Source: Nemertoderma westbladi
Lineage: Eukaryota > Animalia > Xenacoelomorpha
DNA: 64,000 bases
NCBI GenBank assembly: GCA_032718475.1
Contig: JAUCBJ010004929.1
Span: forward strand, 31,551 to 95,550
Direction: 5' to 3'
In this document: one piece after another, positions 35,240 through 47,574 of the stretch
Layout of the letters: every line of letters begins with the position of its first letter
How positions within the stretch are numbered: position 1 is the stretch's first letter
The notes under the pieces: generated by a model
Databases searched by the model: none
Told to the model about the DNA's origin: nothing
Seen by the model: only the letters and a program-made list of their open reading frames with translations
Translations under genes and position numbers: made by a program

Positions 35240-37324
35240 ATGGACCCAAATTGCCAAATTATCGGCAAATTACGTAATACGATAGATCTACTGGAATATC
35301 CGCAACCTGGATCCCCTAACTTTGATACGAATTGGAACGCCCTGATAAATAAGAACGTGCGAGTCGTTAAATTCACCGGGCGAGAGGGGCCGGACTCCAA
35401 GAATCTACGAGCCCTCCGGTTGGCCGATGCTAGTACGAGACTGAAAAGAACTCGGAACGCAAAGGCCACCGGAGAGGACGAGATGTCGTACTGGGATACG
35501 TTCCAGCAAAGCGTCTACAAATCCCGATGTTTGATATACGAGAACGAAGGAAACGCAACACCCACCTCGAAAGCGATTACGTTGGCGAAATGTCAAAGTT
35601 TCATTGACGACAAGAGTACGTACCTCGCCCACTGGGGAAACCTGTCGGAGTGTACGGCGACGCTACGAGAGGAACGTATATCGATCATCCAGAATCGCGA
35701 CAACTACCAGGAAAAGTACGGGGCGAAAGAATACGGTTGATCCTTGGTCATTGTCCTCGGAACCCTGGATGGTTTGGTATTGGTGTGTCGAATATTCCCG
35801 ACACCCAGACAGGAAGTTCAGGCAGCCGGAGCGATCTGGTTACTACCTCCGGAAATCCAAAAGATCCTCTTCGACTTTGATGTCATTAAAATCGGGTCGG
35901 ATATAAAAGCGGATGTCCGGAACGACTACGTGAACACTCCTTTAGGAAGAGACCATCGAGACAACCTCAACACCCTTAGTCATAACATCGACACCCAAAC
36001 GCTATTAGCCTGGTTACGATTCGCCAAGTTCATGCAAGGATTTCGAGAGGTGAGACCGACGAAATCCGGGATCGGCTACCTCGCCGTGCTAAACGGCGGC
36101 ATCGACTTCAAACCTCAGAAATTCCGGGATTATAATAAACTATATGGTGGACACCCGGGATTAGAAATAAAGAGCGAGCGAGAGGGTTGATGGAAGGACG
36201 TTGAGAGAAAGTGGACGATACACCAAAGGTGGGAGAATCCGGATCGACGGAACTACATCTACGTAGTTATGGAATCATACACCATCGCTAAGTTTATCTG
36301 TAAAACTCTCGATAACCTCATTACGGCGGTTCCTCTTTCCTTCGTCGACTACGACTGGAACGAGGTTATAAACCACGCATTCAAAGCGGTTGAGAACATT
36401 ACACCGGGAGAGACGAAAACGCTCGCCGTTATTGATTCCTGGGACGAGAGCGGACCTTACGACATCCCCACGATTACCAAGCTTCTTGGTGCGGAGGAAC
36501 CTCTGATCTCTTCGGAAGGAGAAGAACTATGGCTACAGGAGGGCGTTCTATTATCTACCCCAAAGCGACAACTCGAGCCGGAAGCCGCATATGGACCGGC
36601 CGCCAAACGGATTGCCTCGGCCGAACCTACGACGGAAGCAGGCGTTTCAACCCCACTCGGCTCTGGTAGCCCTGCGAGGGAGTTAGTCACTACCTCCGCG
36701 TTGAGCGACTTCGGCGATATTTGCCAAAGGTTATCCCCATATCCTTTCCCGGGTGGGGAAGACTGGTCTTCGGAGATTCCGAGTACCAGCAATCAACGGT
36801 CCCGCTCAGCGATACTGGTTGAAAAGGGTCCCAGCGCTGCGCCGACTCCTGACGATCTCCTCGGAATCCCTCCGTCGAAAACCCCGGCACCTCTTCGCCG
36901 ACCAGCGGTGACAACTACACCCTCCGTTCCACAGGATCCTATGCGACTAACCCGTTGGTACTCCGAGCAGACCGAATGGATCCACCGCCAGAAACGGTCG
37001 TCCGAGTTGAGACCGACGGGACACAAAGAAGGTTATCGGAGCGAGAACCTACTACGCCAAAGCCCAGCCTTCCACGGGCTACCGACCACCGCGAATATTC
37101 AAAAGAGCGACCGACGACTCGAGTATTACGTCGGCGTCCCGATTCGGATATTGCCCGGTTGAGAGATACAGTTGGAGGTGTGCGGTAACTGCGGTTCGGT
37201 GCAGTGTCCACGCGGTAGAAGGAATCGGGTTACCGATTCGTGCCTCCAGCTCCTCGGGATACTTTATTGCCCCTACTGCGCGACATCGGGACACGATGTT
37301 TCAGTCTGTCCGGTCAAGCTACCA
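35240..37324 (+). pseudogene. BEL-2 accessory ORF: DEDDy/DnaQ-like 3'-5' exonuclease fold + P/S/T-rich linker + Cys/His cluster
   Basis: One frame with three TGA stops (35738, 36188, 37160); LIYENEG, VIVLGTLDG, LPPEIQKILFDFDVIKIGSDIKAD, NIDTQTL, GIGYLA, NYIYVVME; CGNCG..C and YCPYCATSGHDVSVC. Confidence 0.72.
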
Positions 37325-38925
37325 TGAAGAATAATGTCTAATTGTTTAACTCAAAGTATAATCTATCGACTATATTGGGAAACTGTACCGGTAGGTAGGA
37401 AGCCCGGTATGCAATATACAATATAGTACCGGTAGAATTGTTAGGAGGTACGGTACACGGTAACTATTATATATGTAAATTGAATTATCTTTTTAAATCT
37501 CCCGCCACCTATTAACTCTCAATATTATTATATACTCCAGTATACTCCATGCCCCCTCACTTTTGGTTTAATTCTGGTTAAAGAGTTCACCTAATACAAG
37601 CCTTTTGTAAATCCACACAAATATACGATTTAAAACTTTCCAAATATAAACCATGGACACAGTTCAACGTAAAAGTCTCTCCATTCTCCATCCCCCCCCC
37701 CCCCCCCCCTACGTCGATTGGAACCAATCGGGATGTTTTCGACTACGACTGCTGCACCTCCGCTCGAAAACCATGGGGGTGAGTCTTCCATCTTGAAATT
37801 CAGTGGCCTCATCCTCTTTGCGTACATCATTATCCGCAGTCCCATTTATATTGTAACGACGTAAAAATCTCCTATTTCTCCAATACTGTTGACCGTTCTC
37901 CAATTTAATGAGGTAGCTTCGACCGCGTGGAGTAGGATGAATAACTGTTCCCTTCTTGTCCCAAATTCCTGTACTCGAATTCTGTATCCGGACACCTGTC
38001 CCAGGTAGTAATACATCCAACTGACGAGCCCCTCGATTGTGAAGTTTTGTAGCACGCTCCCGGGTTTGCAACACTTTAACTTCAGCTGCATTCAGCTCGT
38101 CTTCCGTTATCCTTTTGTAGCATATTTTTGGTAGAAGCATTCTTGTAGGATGCCCATATCTGCGTTGTGAAGGACTGAGTCCATCTTTGCCTGGAGTGTT
38201 GTGATATTCCATCATAGCTGTAATAAACTCGGCTGTTTCAATGTTGCCAGTGGGGGCAACTTTCTTTATTATATTTTTTATATGTTTAACAGCTGCTTCC
38301 GCAAAACCGTTTGCCTGGTGATTATAGGGTGAAGAGGGATCGTGAAAAATATAATATTTTTCAAGGAATTCTGTAAATTCGCGATTCTGGAATAGTGATA
38401 GGGAATGCCCTGAGCGAAACTGGGGTCCATTATCAGTGCTGAGTCGCATGGGAAATCCAAAGTTTTGACACCAATTTAATAAGCATTTGATCACCATATG
38501 TGTGGAAACACCACCATGACCACAATTATGAACTTCTGTCCATCGTGAGAATTTATCAGTTACAATAAGATAATCTCTTCCTGTATGTGAGAATAAATCA
38601 GCTGCAATTGATTCTCCTGAGATTCTAGGCCGTTCATCGTGAATCAATGGTTCTTCTCGTTGACTTTCTTTGTATTTCTCACACTGGTCACAACCTTTAA
38701 TTGTATTAACAACGTCATTTGCCATGCCTGGCCAAAATACACATTGCCGAGATCTACTGAGAGTCCTCTCTTGTCCTTGATGAGCACTGTGTAGCTTCAT
38801 TAGTATTTCATGCTGTAATTCTTTGGGTATAATGATACGATTACCGTACATTATCAAATTATTGACAACTGAAAGCGAGTTTCTAATATTCCAAAATGGT
38901 CTCAACTCACAATCAACTTGATGCT
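37325..38925 (-). mobile_element. Ty3/Gypsy remnant: integrase, polypurine tract and 3' LTR
   Basis: LTR 37325-37690 with TGGAGAAT..ATTCTTCA termini on the minus strand; poly-G tract adjacent; 5' part missing. Confidence 0.85.
37709..38905 (-). CDS. pol: Gypsy integrase (partial pol)
   Basis: HSAHQG..CDQC zinc finger; ADLF, TDNGPQF, NGFAEAAVK (D,D,E). Confidence 0.9.
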   Translation of the reverse strand: MRPFWNIRNSLSVVNNLIMYGNRIIIPKELQHEILMKLHSAHQGQERTLSRSRQCVFWPGMANDVVNTIKGCDQCEKYKESQREEPLIHDERPRISGESIAADLFSHTGRDYLIVTDKFSRWTEVHNCGHGGVSTHMVIKCLLNWCQNFGFPMRLSTDNGPQFRSGHSLSLFQNREFTEFLEKYYIFHDPSSPYNHQANGFAEAAVKHIKNIIKKVAPTGNIETAEFITAMMEYHNTPGKDGLSPSQRRYGHPTRMLLPKICYKRITEDELNAAEVKVLQTRERATKLHNRGARQLDVLLPGTGVRIQNSSTGIWDKKGTVIHPTPRGRSYLIKLENGQQYWRNRRFLRRYNINGTADNDVRKEDEATEFQDGRLTPMVFERRCSSRSRKHPDWFQST

Positions 38926-39220
38926 ACCTTTCCATTACGTGGATCTGTTGCTGAGCGCCGGATTATTCGGCCTATTCAAAGTCATTAGACGCTTATACTC
39001 GTATAAAGAGGAGGTCGGTGACGGAAAGTGGTTCCTAGAGGCGCGCAACACCGAGTTGGAAAGACGAACCGATATGATCCCGATGCCATCAAAAGGAAGA
39101 GCCGCCAGGAGACAAGCCAAAGCGTTGCTCACGATAAATGTTGACGCTACCCTTCCAGCTCTAGCGATCGACGAGAGTCGACGGGCGAAGAGGAGAAAGG
39201 CGTATCAGAGAAAGAAATAG
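38926..39220 (+). pseudogene. Probable C-terminal end of the BEL-2 accessory ORF
   Basis: Open frame on the element strand between the Gypsy remnant and the polypurine tract; basic C-terminus. Confidence 0.5.
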
Positions 39221-39397
39221 TGGATCGGGATATTCCAGGAACATTTATTGAACATTTATTTTTTATACATATATATATATAAACTCTAGGCCAAATTAAT
39301 TAAGGCTATGCAATATTAAATTTGGGTTTTTTATATTGGGAATGACCTACGCAAACTCAATCTACCGATAGACCTCACGGAGGTCATTGGGGGGGAC

Positions 39398-39719
39398 TGT
39401 TTGCGGTATTTCAACTTTTCATAACGCGAGTTGAATATTTTTTGTATTTATTTAAAATGATTATTCCGATATCACTACTGGGTGCGGGACCATGGGTTTT
39501 GGGCAAATTCAATGGACTGGGGGCGATTTATGGGCGAATATTGGGGCAACTTACAAGGTACGGGAATAATTTCATGTTTATAAGGGCCAAGGGTGGGAGG
39601 AAAAGTTAAGCAGTATTCAGGTTAGCCTGAGTACTAGGCCCTGGCCAACTACCTGCTGCCTGTAGAGGTGGATTTGGTAACGCGCCAGGCCTAAAGGACA
39701 AGGACTGCCCTTAGCGGTC
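39398..39719 (+). repeat. BEL-2 3' LTR, left part
   Basis: Matches 26183-26507; ends at TSD CGGTC. Confidence 0.92.
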
Positions 39720-40592
39720 TGTTAGCGCTACAATTCAATTTTGCAAATAATGAGCCTAAACTTACGACCAGCTGTATATACAAGAAACGGGCGCTAGTAA
39801 CCGTTACTTGTACTCGTACAATAATTTATTGTTGCATATAAAACTGGCGTTACTGTAAACAGATTTGAAACCCCGTATAAATAGTTCCTTTAAGTTGTGT
39901 GTCTGGGCTGCTTACGTCTTTATGTCTAACTGAAAACTGTATTCATTCGAGACTTATGGAAGTCGGATTTATGAAACTGACAATCCGAGATACCGATGTC
40001 ACAGGAATTAATTTTGTGCACGTATTAAAATATGTTTGTTTGCTATTAATATTAGGCGTCATATGACAATACTGTAACACACACCCCAGTGCGATGAGTT
40101 GCAATACCGTACAGTCTATAGACCACCAACCTCAATGTTATTGTGCAACCAACGTTAATCAACAACAGAATGACTTGAATCCATTCTCTTTATCTTTATC
40201 GATAACATAATAATAACATAAATCGCAATAATTCAACTGATATAACAAATTAATTAATAGGCAAACAATAAATAAACATAATACGAATCAATATCACAAA
40301 TTGACATCGGCAATATCACGAATTGACGTGAATATTCCGACCCACAAATCTACTAACAGCTAGTGAGCTATTAACTAATAAATCTTCAATAGTTAGGCTA
40401 ACCAACTGATATAATGCTATACTATATATACTATATAGGCTGGGGCTGGTAAGCTGAATGCAAATGGGTATTAGCCAATCAGAGCTATTCTGCATGGCCC
40501 TTGCCGTATAACATAATAATTCCCTGGCAGAAGTAAATTAACAATATGGGGCGAGCCTGCAAGGTAAATGCCATACACTAGTGGCATTAACA
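39720..40592 (-). repeat. BEL-3 3' LTR
   Basis: TGTTAG...TTAACA; about 9 differences (by eye) from 59599-60471; GGGAACGG polypurine-like tract adjacent on the minus strand. Confidence 0.94.
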
Positions 40593-40704
40593 CCGTTCCC
40601 GAGAGTTGAGGCTAAGTACATACTACAACTTGTAAAACAAGTTCTGCTTAATAAACAAAGTTTACAAATTTAACAAGTTCTTGTTAAATAAACAGAATTT
40701 ACAA

Positions 40705-42275
40705 TTCGGAAGACTCAATTCTCCTAATCTCCGCAGCATGCAGCATGCTCTACCTTGTTTAACCTTCCTTCTTGACCTTTTCGACTTTAATCTGCCAACT
40801 TCGCCCTTGGTAATCATATCGAGGGTGTTTGGGTAATGGGTAAGTGACTCCACCAAGGTGTCATCTGGGAATGGGCGCAGTTCTAGAACGTCAGCAACAA
40901 GAACCTTACCAGCATATGCGCGGATAGAGGTGTTCAGCTGTTCGTTACCCGTCTGAAGTTAACGGTGCTGTCTCGCAGTAGACCGCTTCAGTAATTTCCC
41001 ATACCCAATATTGGTATCTCGTCTCGGTTTTATCGGAGGTAAGTCCAATACATGTATTAATACGGCTGCATCGGGACTGCGAATGGTTTAGTTGTTGTCA
41101 TGAACTGCTTAGGTTCATTGGAAATTGGATACATGGTCCCGATGTCGATTTGTTTTAACCTTGCGGCACTCCGTCTCCCTCAACTCGGGACTATTTCTCG
41201 AAGAATGAATCGCCGTCTTTGGGACCTTGTTGAATTACTTTGACGATACTGTAGGACTCATTATCATCAGGAATTGTACCATGGAGGTAATTTCGTTCGA
41301 AACAGGTGTCCATACGGTCAATGACCCTATGTTATAACTCTATGTCGGGCGACCAAACACTTTGTTGTTCGTACAGAGTCTACTGTGTCCTATACTCGCC
41401 ACCAGACTGGCAGTCAGCTCAATTTCCATGGTTTGGTTGAGCTGTTCCAACAACGCTAGAATCTCGATACATGATGTCATTCGACTCATATATGCAGTAG
41501 TCGAAAGGATCGATAATTTCTGATTGACTTCAGATATACTGGAGACAACTGTTCCATGGATGATGTCTCGAGTCAGTTAGAGAGTCTATTCATTAGATCG
41601 TGACAGTCGCCACATACCTAATGGGCAGCGGTTGACGTGGAGGGGAATACTCGCTGATCTCGGGGAACTCACTTGACTGTACTCTAGTCAAAAGGGTCCA
41701 AATATGATAAAGGATTCGGTGATCAAGGATTGCGATTCTTGGTTCGCTCGTCAAAGAGAGTTCAAACATCTCGGTTTGTGTAAGGTAATTCGGGGAACTA
41801 CAATAGTTGAACTCCCATCTGAGTTGCTCATCCATCATTTACGGCTCAGCATATCGAGATAGGGGTTGTTCGTCGGTGATCCAATTGAGAGACCATCCCA
41901 TAATTCCTTCATAGCCCGAATATATCGCTCCCTTAATTCGTGATCATCTTCAATTAAATCCATTGTTCGATATATATGATCCAAAGATATCAAGAGTTAT
42001 AAGTGCTTGTCGAAATTGAGGTTAGCGGACGTCGCCACTTCTTCCCTTTCACCCGCAGTATGGTTTGAGTTTCTCGGGCAGTTTATTGTTTTGTTCCGCA
42101 CCTTCGGATATAACTACCGATCCGGTGGCGGACAATAAACTTAAGCCGAGTCCCTCAAAACCATCCAGAGCTGCGGGCCGCTATTGATCATTGCCGGCAA
42201 GTCACAAAATATTGAGGCAAAAGCTTTAACTTTACTCGTGAGATATAAACTGCCAATAGATACTGCAACTCGCTA
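40705..42275 (-). pseudogene. BEL-3 accessory ORF (decayed), homologous to the BEL-1 accessory ORF
   Basis: MDLIEDDHELRERY at ~41963; ILDHRILYHIW versus LLDNAIFQHFH; ORF pieces 41593-41838 and 40662-40856. Confidence 0.6.
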
Positions 42276-43710
42276 CTGTAACACACATAGATTAGCTGAG
42301 ATCAATTATTTATTTCACGGTGCGACACAAATACAAAGGTTCCGTTGATTTGGTGTTTTCCACAATGCCGCTAATTAAATTTCATAGCTAGTTACTAATT
42401 GTATACATATTATTATCCCATTATTTGATGTTTGACAAAAATGGAACAATATTTATGTCTTATCTTTCGAATTAATCAACTATAACTGCGGCATCTAGGA
42501 GAACGAGAATAGTTAGAATAGTTCTCATGCATTCAAATAGAGGTAATGTCATATAACAGATTTATATCTTATTTATCATCTGTGACATCGGTTAAATAAC
42601 GTGACATGAAATATTAATATATTTCTGTCTGATTTAAATAATTTATTTTGTTCCTTCTATTTGAAAATTTTGCAATTTAACATTTATATTAGATATAAAG
42701 ACGTTAGCAATTGACGTTATTGCGCGCACAAATACATCTGGTTAATTCAGGGATGACTTGTGGCTTTAAATGGTCAAAAGGACAACAGTATTTGACTGTT
42801 GTGAAGACTTCCCTCGTTGCACACCGGTTGAATATAAATATATCTATCCGTGAATTAATGTACAAGGAGGCCAAATTGGTTATTTTATTGGGTTGATTTT
42901 GCCATCTGTTCCCATAATTATTTAAATTTATAACAAATAATGTTTGTTATAAAGCGCAGCAAGTGCATCGGTTAAAGAAATATTCAATTTCTCCATCCGT
43001 TCCCTTGATCTTTTAATATTTTATTTATAATACGACGTTAACAACTGATGCTTATTATGATGTGCAAGTACATCGGATAGGTTCAACGATGCCTTGGGAC
43101 ATCCAAACATTCAGTTTGTCAAAGGTATAAACAATATATTTATTCATATTGTTATGTAGGGACTTCTCTTATTGTACACCGGCGAACATTAAGCCATTTA
43201 TAACATAAGTTATTGTACAATAAGACCAAATGGGATATATAGTATAATTACACAGGGTGTTTAACAAAATTTTTACTCAGCAGTGGGAGTTTATTCCGTT
43301 CCCGTTATTGAGGCGCTATGGGACTTCTTTTACTGTACACTTTCAGAGCATAAGCCTATTATAGACTCGTAGATTAATGTACAATAAAGCCAAATTTATT
43401 TTGTGTCACTATTATGTAGCCTAAATATTTACATTATATTCTTACAGGTACTGCGTACATACATGATATTCTTAGAGCGTACATACAGTATATTCTTACA
43501 GCGTAAATAAGCTAAACTTTAAGAATCTGCACTCTTTCAATTTTTTTAAAAAATTGTGCTATGTTAATCCGAATTTACAATAACCCGTTCCCACGATTTG
43601 ATGGAATGTTATCATCACAATCGTATCCAATGTTTATTAATTTGGATTAATGTGTTCAAAGGAATACAGTGTTGGTTTTTTACGACCATAATCGCCTGAT
43701 TCCTCGCGGG

Positions 43711-46700
43711 CTATAGCAAACAGAGCCGTCCAATTGGTCTATTCAATGTTTGAGGTACGAATTCTAATTTCTTCTTATCCTTCTCCCTTTGTTTCTTCTT
43801 TCTCATTACGATGAGGTCGACTGATCTCACAAGTCCGTCAGCGGATGTATGGACAACTGTGACACGTCCAGTTTGCCATCGCTTCCTCGGGATATCGTCG
43901 TCGACTATTAGTACTACGTCATCAATTCGAAGGTTTTCCTGACGACTAAACCATTTGGTGCGCAGTTGGAGAGATGGTAAGTAGTGTTTCTCGAAGTGTA
44001 TGGCGAATCTATTGGAAAGTAATTGCATCATCCGCCATGTTTGACGTAAGTATATATGGGAATCTTCCGAATTAGAAACAGGTACCATAACGATGGGTTT
44101 CTTCATCAGGAAGTGGGCAGGTGTCAGCAACTCCAATGACTTCGGATCAGACGAAGCAGGCATCAATGGGCGGTCGTTAATGTAAGCTGCTATTTCTTCC
44201 AGAAAGGTGCGAAGTAACTCATCTGTTAGGTATGCCCCGCATGGTATCACGTGGTGGAACGCTATTTTAACACTTCGGATCATCCGCTCCCAGCTACCTC
44301 CCCACCATGGTGCGTCAGCTGCGTTGAACGTCCAAGTTGCCGCGTTTACTCTCAATAACTCATCAACTTGTTCCTGGTTCCATCTATCAACATATGTGGT
44401 GATTTCTCTGCTAGCGCCGACGAAATTGGTTCCTTGGTCAGAATGTATAGTTTGACTGCTGCCGAACCGTGCTATCTGTCGTCTCAAACACAAAAGGAAG
44501 CTATCCATCGACATGTCGTTGACCATATCCAGATGTATCGCTCTACACGTCTGACAAACAAATATAATACACCATCGTTTTACTTTGGTACGTGCTCGTT
44601 TGACCTCTATTGGTCCAAACATGTCAACACCGGTGTTTGTGAATGGCGGTTGGTAGCAACTTACCCTCTCACGTGGTAACTCCGCTTCAATTTGGGTTAA
44701 TGGCTTACTGTACAGTCTTTTACAGGGGATGCAATTCCTTAAAATTTTATTAAGTGACTTACGGGGTTTAACCAAGTAATAACGAGTGCGCAGTTCACTA
44801 AGAATTCGTTCACGGCCAGCATGGTAAAGTTTGGCATGTGTGTCTTGAATTAACTTACGTTGTATATCTGGGCTATATATTATTATTGGGAATATGGTAT
44901 CCTTAGACACAGGAGCGTTAGTCAATCTACCTCCTACCCTAATTAACCCATCTATCATGACGCTTGTGTAATTGTCACGCAACGTGATGCCTGGTTCACT
45001 CACCAATTTATTGTACCTTGCTGGGTCATCGAGTTTCTGAGAAAGACGCAGTAGTTGTTTATTAGTCTCGTCAATATCTCCTCGCGTCACTGCTGGTGTA
45101 CAGTATCTAGACACACCAAAACGGTAGTGCACGTATTTCTTGAGATATGTCACGCTCTTACAAAGTCTATACCAAGAACTATAGTGATTCATTGCTTCTT
45201 CCAATAAGGGTGATAATCCTTGTTTTATGTTAGGTAATGTATCACTTGATTGTCGTGGTGTGATCTTTGAAGTATCACTAATATGGTTTGGTAAGTCTGA
45301 ATTGGTCGTTATGATTTCATGGGGTTCCTCATGTTTAGTGAAATACGAATTCTGAAGTCCAGAAGTTTCTGGTTTCCGGGCCAAGTCATTGTCAACTATT
45401 TGGGCAGTTATATCAAGTGGTTTGGTGAATAACTTTGATTTTGTAGTTTTCCTTGGCTTTATTATTTCGGCTCCCTTAGCCTGTCGGATTTCTGCCGGTG
45501 TCAGATTTTTCGGCCATTCGTTTCCAGCCTCCCATAAGAACTCTGGTGTGTTGAGCCAACATTTGGTATTAATCAACTCTCTTGGAGTCGCACCACGCGA
45601 AGCAATGTCAGCGGGATTGATAGTACCGGGGCAATGCCTCCATTGATCCACCTTTGTGCGGCTGAGCATGATTGCAACTCTGTTCTTTACATATACACTA
45701 AACTGACATACTTTGTTAGTTAAATATTCTAGAACCAAGACAGCGTCAGTCCAAAATGTAGTCCTTGATATTTCAAAATTCAAATATTCAGTCACGTTTT
45801 TAGCAACAGTTGTTGCATAGAAACCTGCTTTCAATTCTGCCCTAGGTGGTCGTGTCCTTAACTCTTTATTCACAATGAGAGCTTTAGAAGCAACCAAGGC
45901 TACACGTACATCGTGAGGGGTTTGTACACGCAAGTAAGCTACAATACCTAGTCCAACCTTGCTCGCATCACTGAAGACATGTAACTGGTACTCATAATTA
46001 GGTAGTACATGGCCAAAGTAGGCCCGTGGTACCTTAAAGTCCTCAATTTCTGGCAAAGTCTCCTCCCAAGCTTGCCAACGGGCCAACAACTTACCAGTCA
46101 ACGGGTCATCCCAGGAATTGTTTTCTTCCCACATATCCCGAACTATACACCTAGCAGTCAAGATAACTGGGCCAATGAAACCAATGGGATCAAAATAGGT
46201 GCTTAATATGCTAAGGCATATTCTCTTAGTACGTTTACTCTCACTTCTCACCTGTAGTTTGAATGACATTTCATCAGTTTCGGCGTTCCATCTTAAACCT
46301 AATGTCTTTGTTTCCGGTAAATCATCACGTGTCAAATCCAGATTTTTCGCACCACGGTCTTCGAATGGTATTGAGTCCAGAAACTCTCTGGAGTTGCTAG
46401 CGAACTTCGTGAGCTTGAATCCTCCTCGTTTAAGACATTCTACTGTACCTTTCGCTATGCTTATCGCCTCCTCAACGGTTGGAACAGACTTCAAGTTGTC
46501 ATCCATATATATATCTTTCTTGATATTTTCTAGGACAGCGGGCGAGAAATCATGTTGGTTATCATCCGCCGTGGCATGAACAATGAAGCATGAGTTAGAT
46601 GGGCTGGAATTAATGCCAAACGCTTGTACCGTCATCCAATATTCCTTCAGAGGTTTTCTAAAGTCTCCGTCTGGCCACCAAAAAAAACCGGAGGCTATCT

Positions 46701-47574
46701 CTGTCTACTTGTAGGGCCTTCACTTGTAAAAACATGCCTTCAATATCTGAGGCGAAGGCGATCGAGTATTGGCGAAGGCGAATCAAGATTCCTAGAAGGG
46801 ATTGCAACATGTTGGGACCAGTCATTAATTCTGAATTCAGAGACTGTCCTTTATATAGAGCTGAAGCATCAAAGACCACTCTCACAGTATCTGGCTTGTC
46901 GGGACGTTTCACATAGTGATGAGTTATATAGTATGTCCGATTTGATTCTGGTGTCCTTGTTGGCACTTCTTCAGCATACCCTTTTGTGATGAACTTCTCC
47001 ATCTGTTCCCTATACATGTGCCATGCGTTATGGTTTGCAGCCAATCGTCGCTTTAATTGTTCCACTCTCTTCTCTGCTAGAATTCTGTTGTTATGGAACT
47101 TGGGATCCCGAGAGCGCCAAAGTAAACCTATTTCATACTTACCTTCATTCTTTAAGAATTTTGTGGTAGTCCGTTGTATGTCACGGGATCGCTCATCTTC
47201 AACAGATAAGGCTTTCTCATAAGAAGTTGGTCCCTCCCTTTCTTGTTTCATTATACTTACGAGTTGTTGCTCAGCATTATATTCAGCCTGAGCTCGCAAG
47301 ATTTCACTTAATTCGTCATGTTCATCGTTAACAAAATTTCCTTGCAAAGAATTATAATTCTGCATTTGATAATTAATATACTGTTCGTCATCGATTAACT
47401 CTGTATCAGTCTCATCATTCTCTAGGTCTATGTTTTGGTCATTGTCAGTCGATAAGACATTTTCAAGTGATGAGTCATAGCTAAGAACTTCGTTTACCTT
47501 TATACTTGCTCCGGTTCGTTCTTGTAAGGTTTTCGCTGAAGGTCCCGTACAATACCAACCTATCCGCGTCCTAC
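43711..47574 (-). pseudogene. pol: BEL-3 Pol RT-RNase H-integrase (frameshift near 46680)
   Basis: RVVFDAS, DIEGMFLQV, YMDD, FSDAS, FWTD, NPADIASRG, TGVDMFGP, SDQGTNF, GSWERMI, RPIGRLCLL. Confidence 0.93.

Noticed and set aside
40593-40703. BEL-3 LTR extending to the ACA at 40703
   Set aside because: Identity with the other LTR and the CGGTC TSD fix the boundary at 40592
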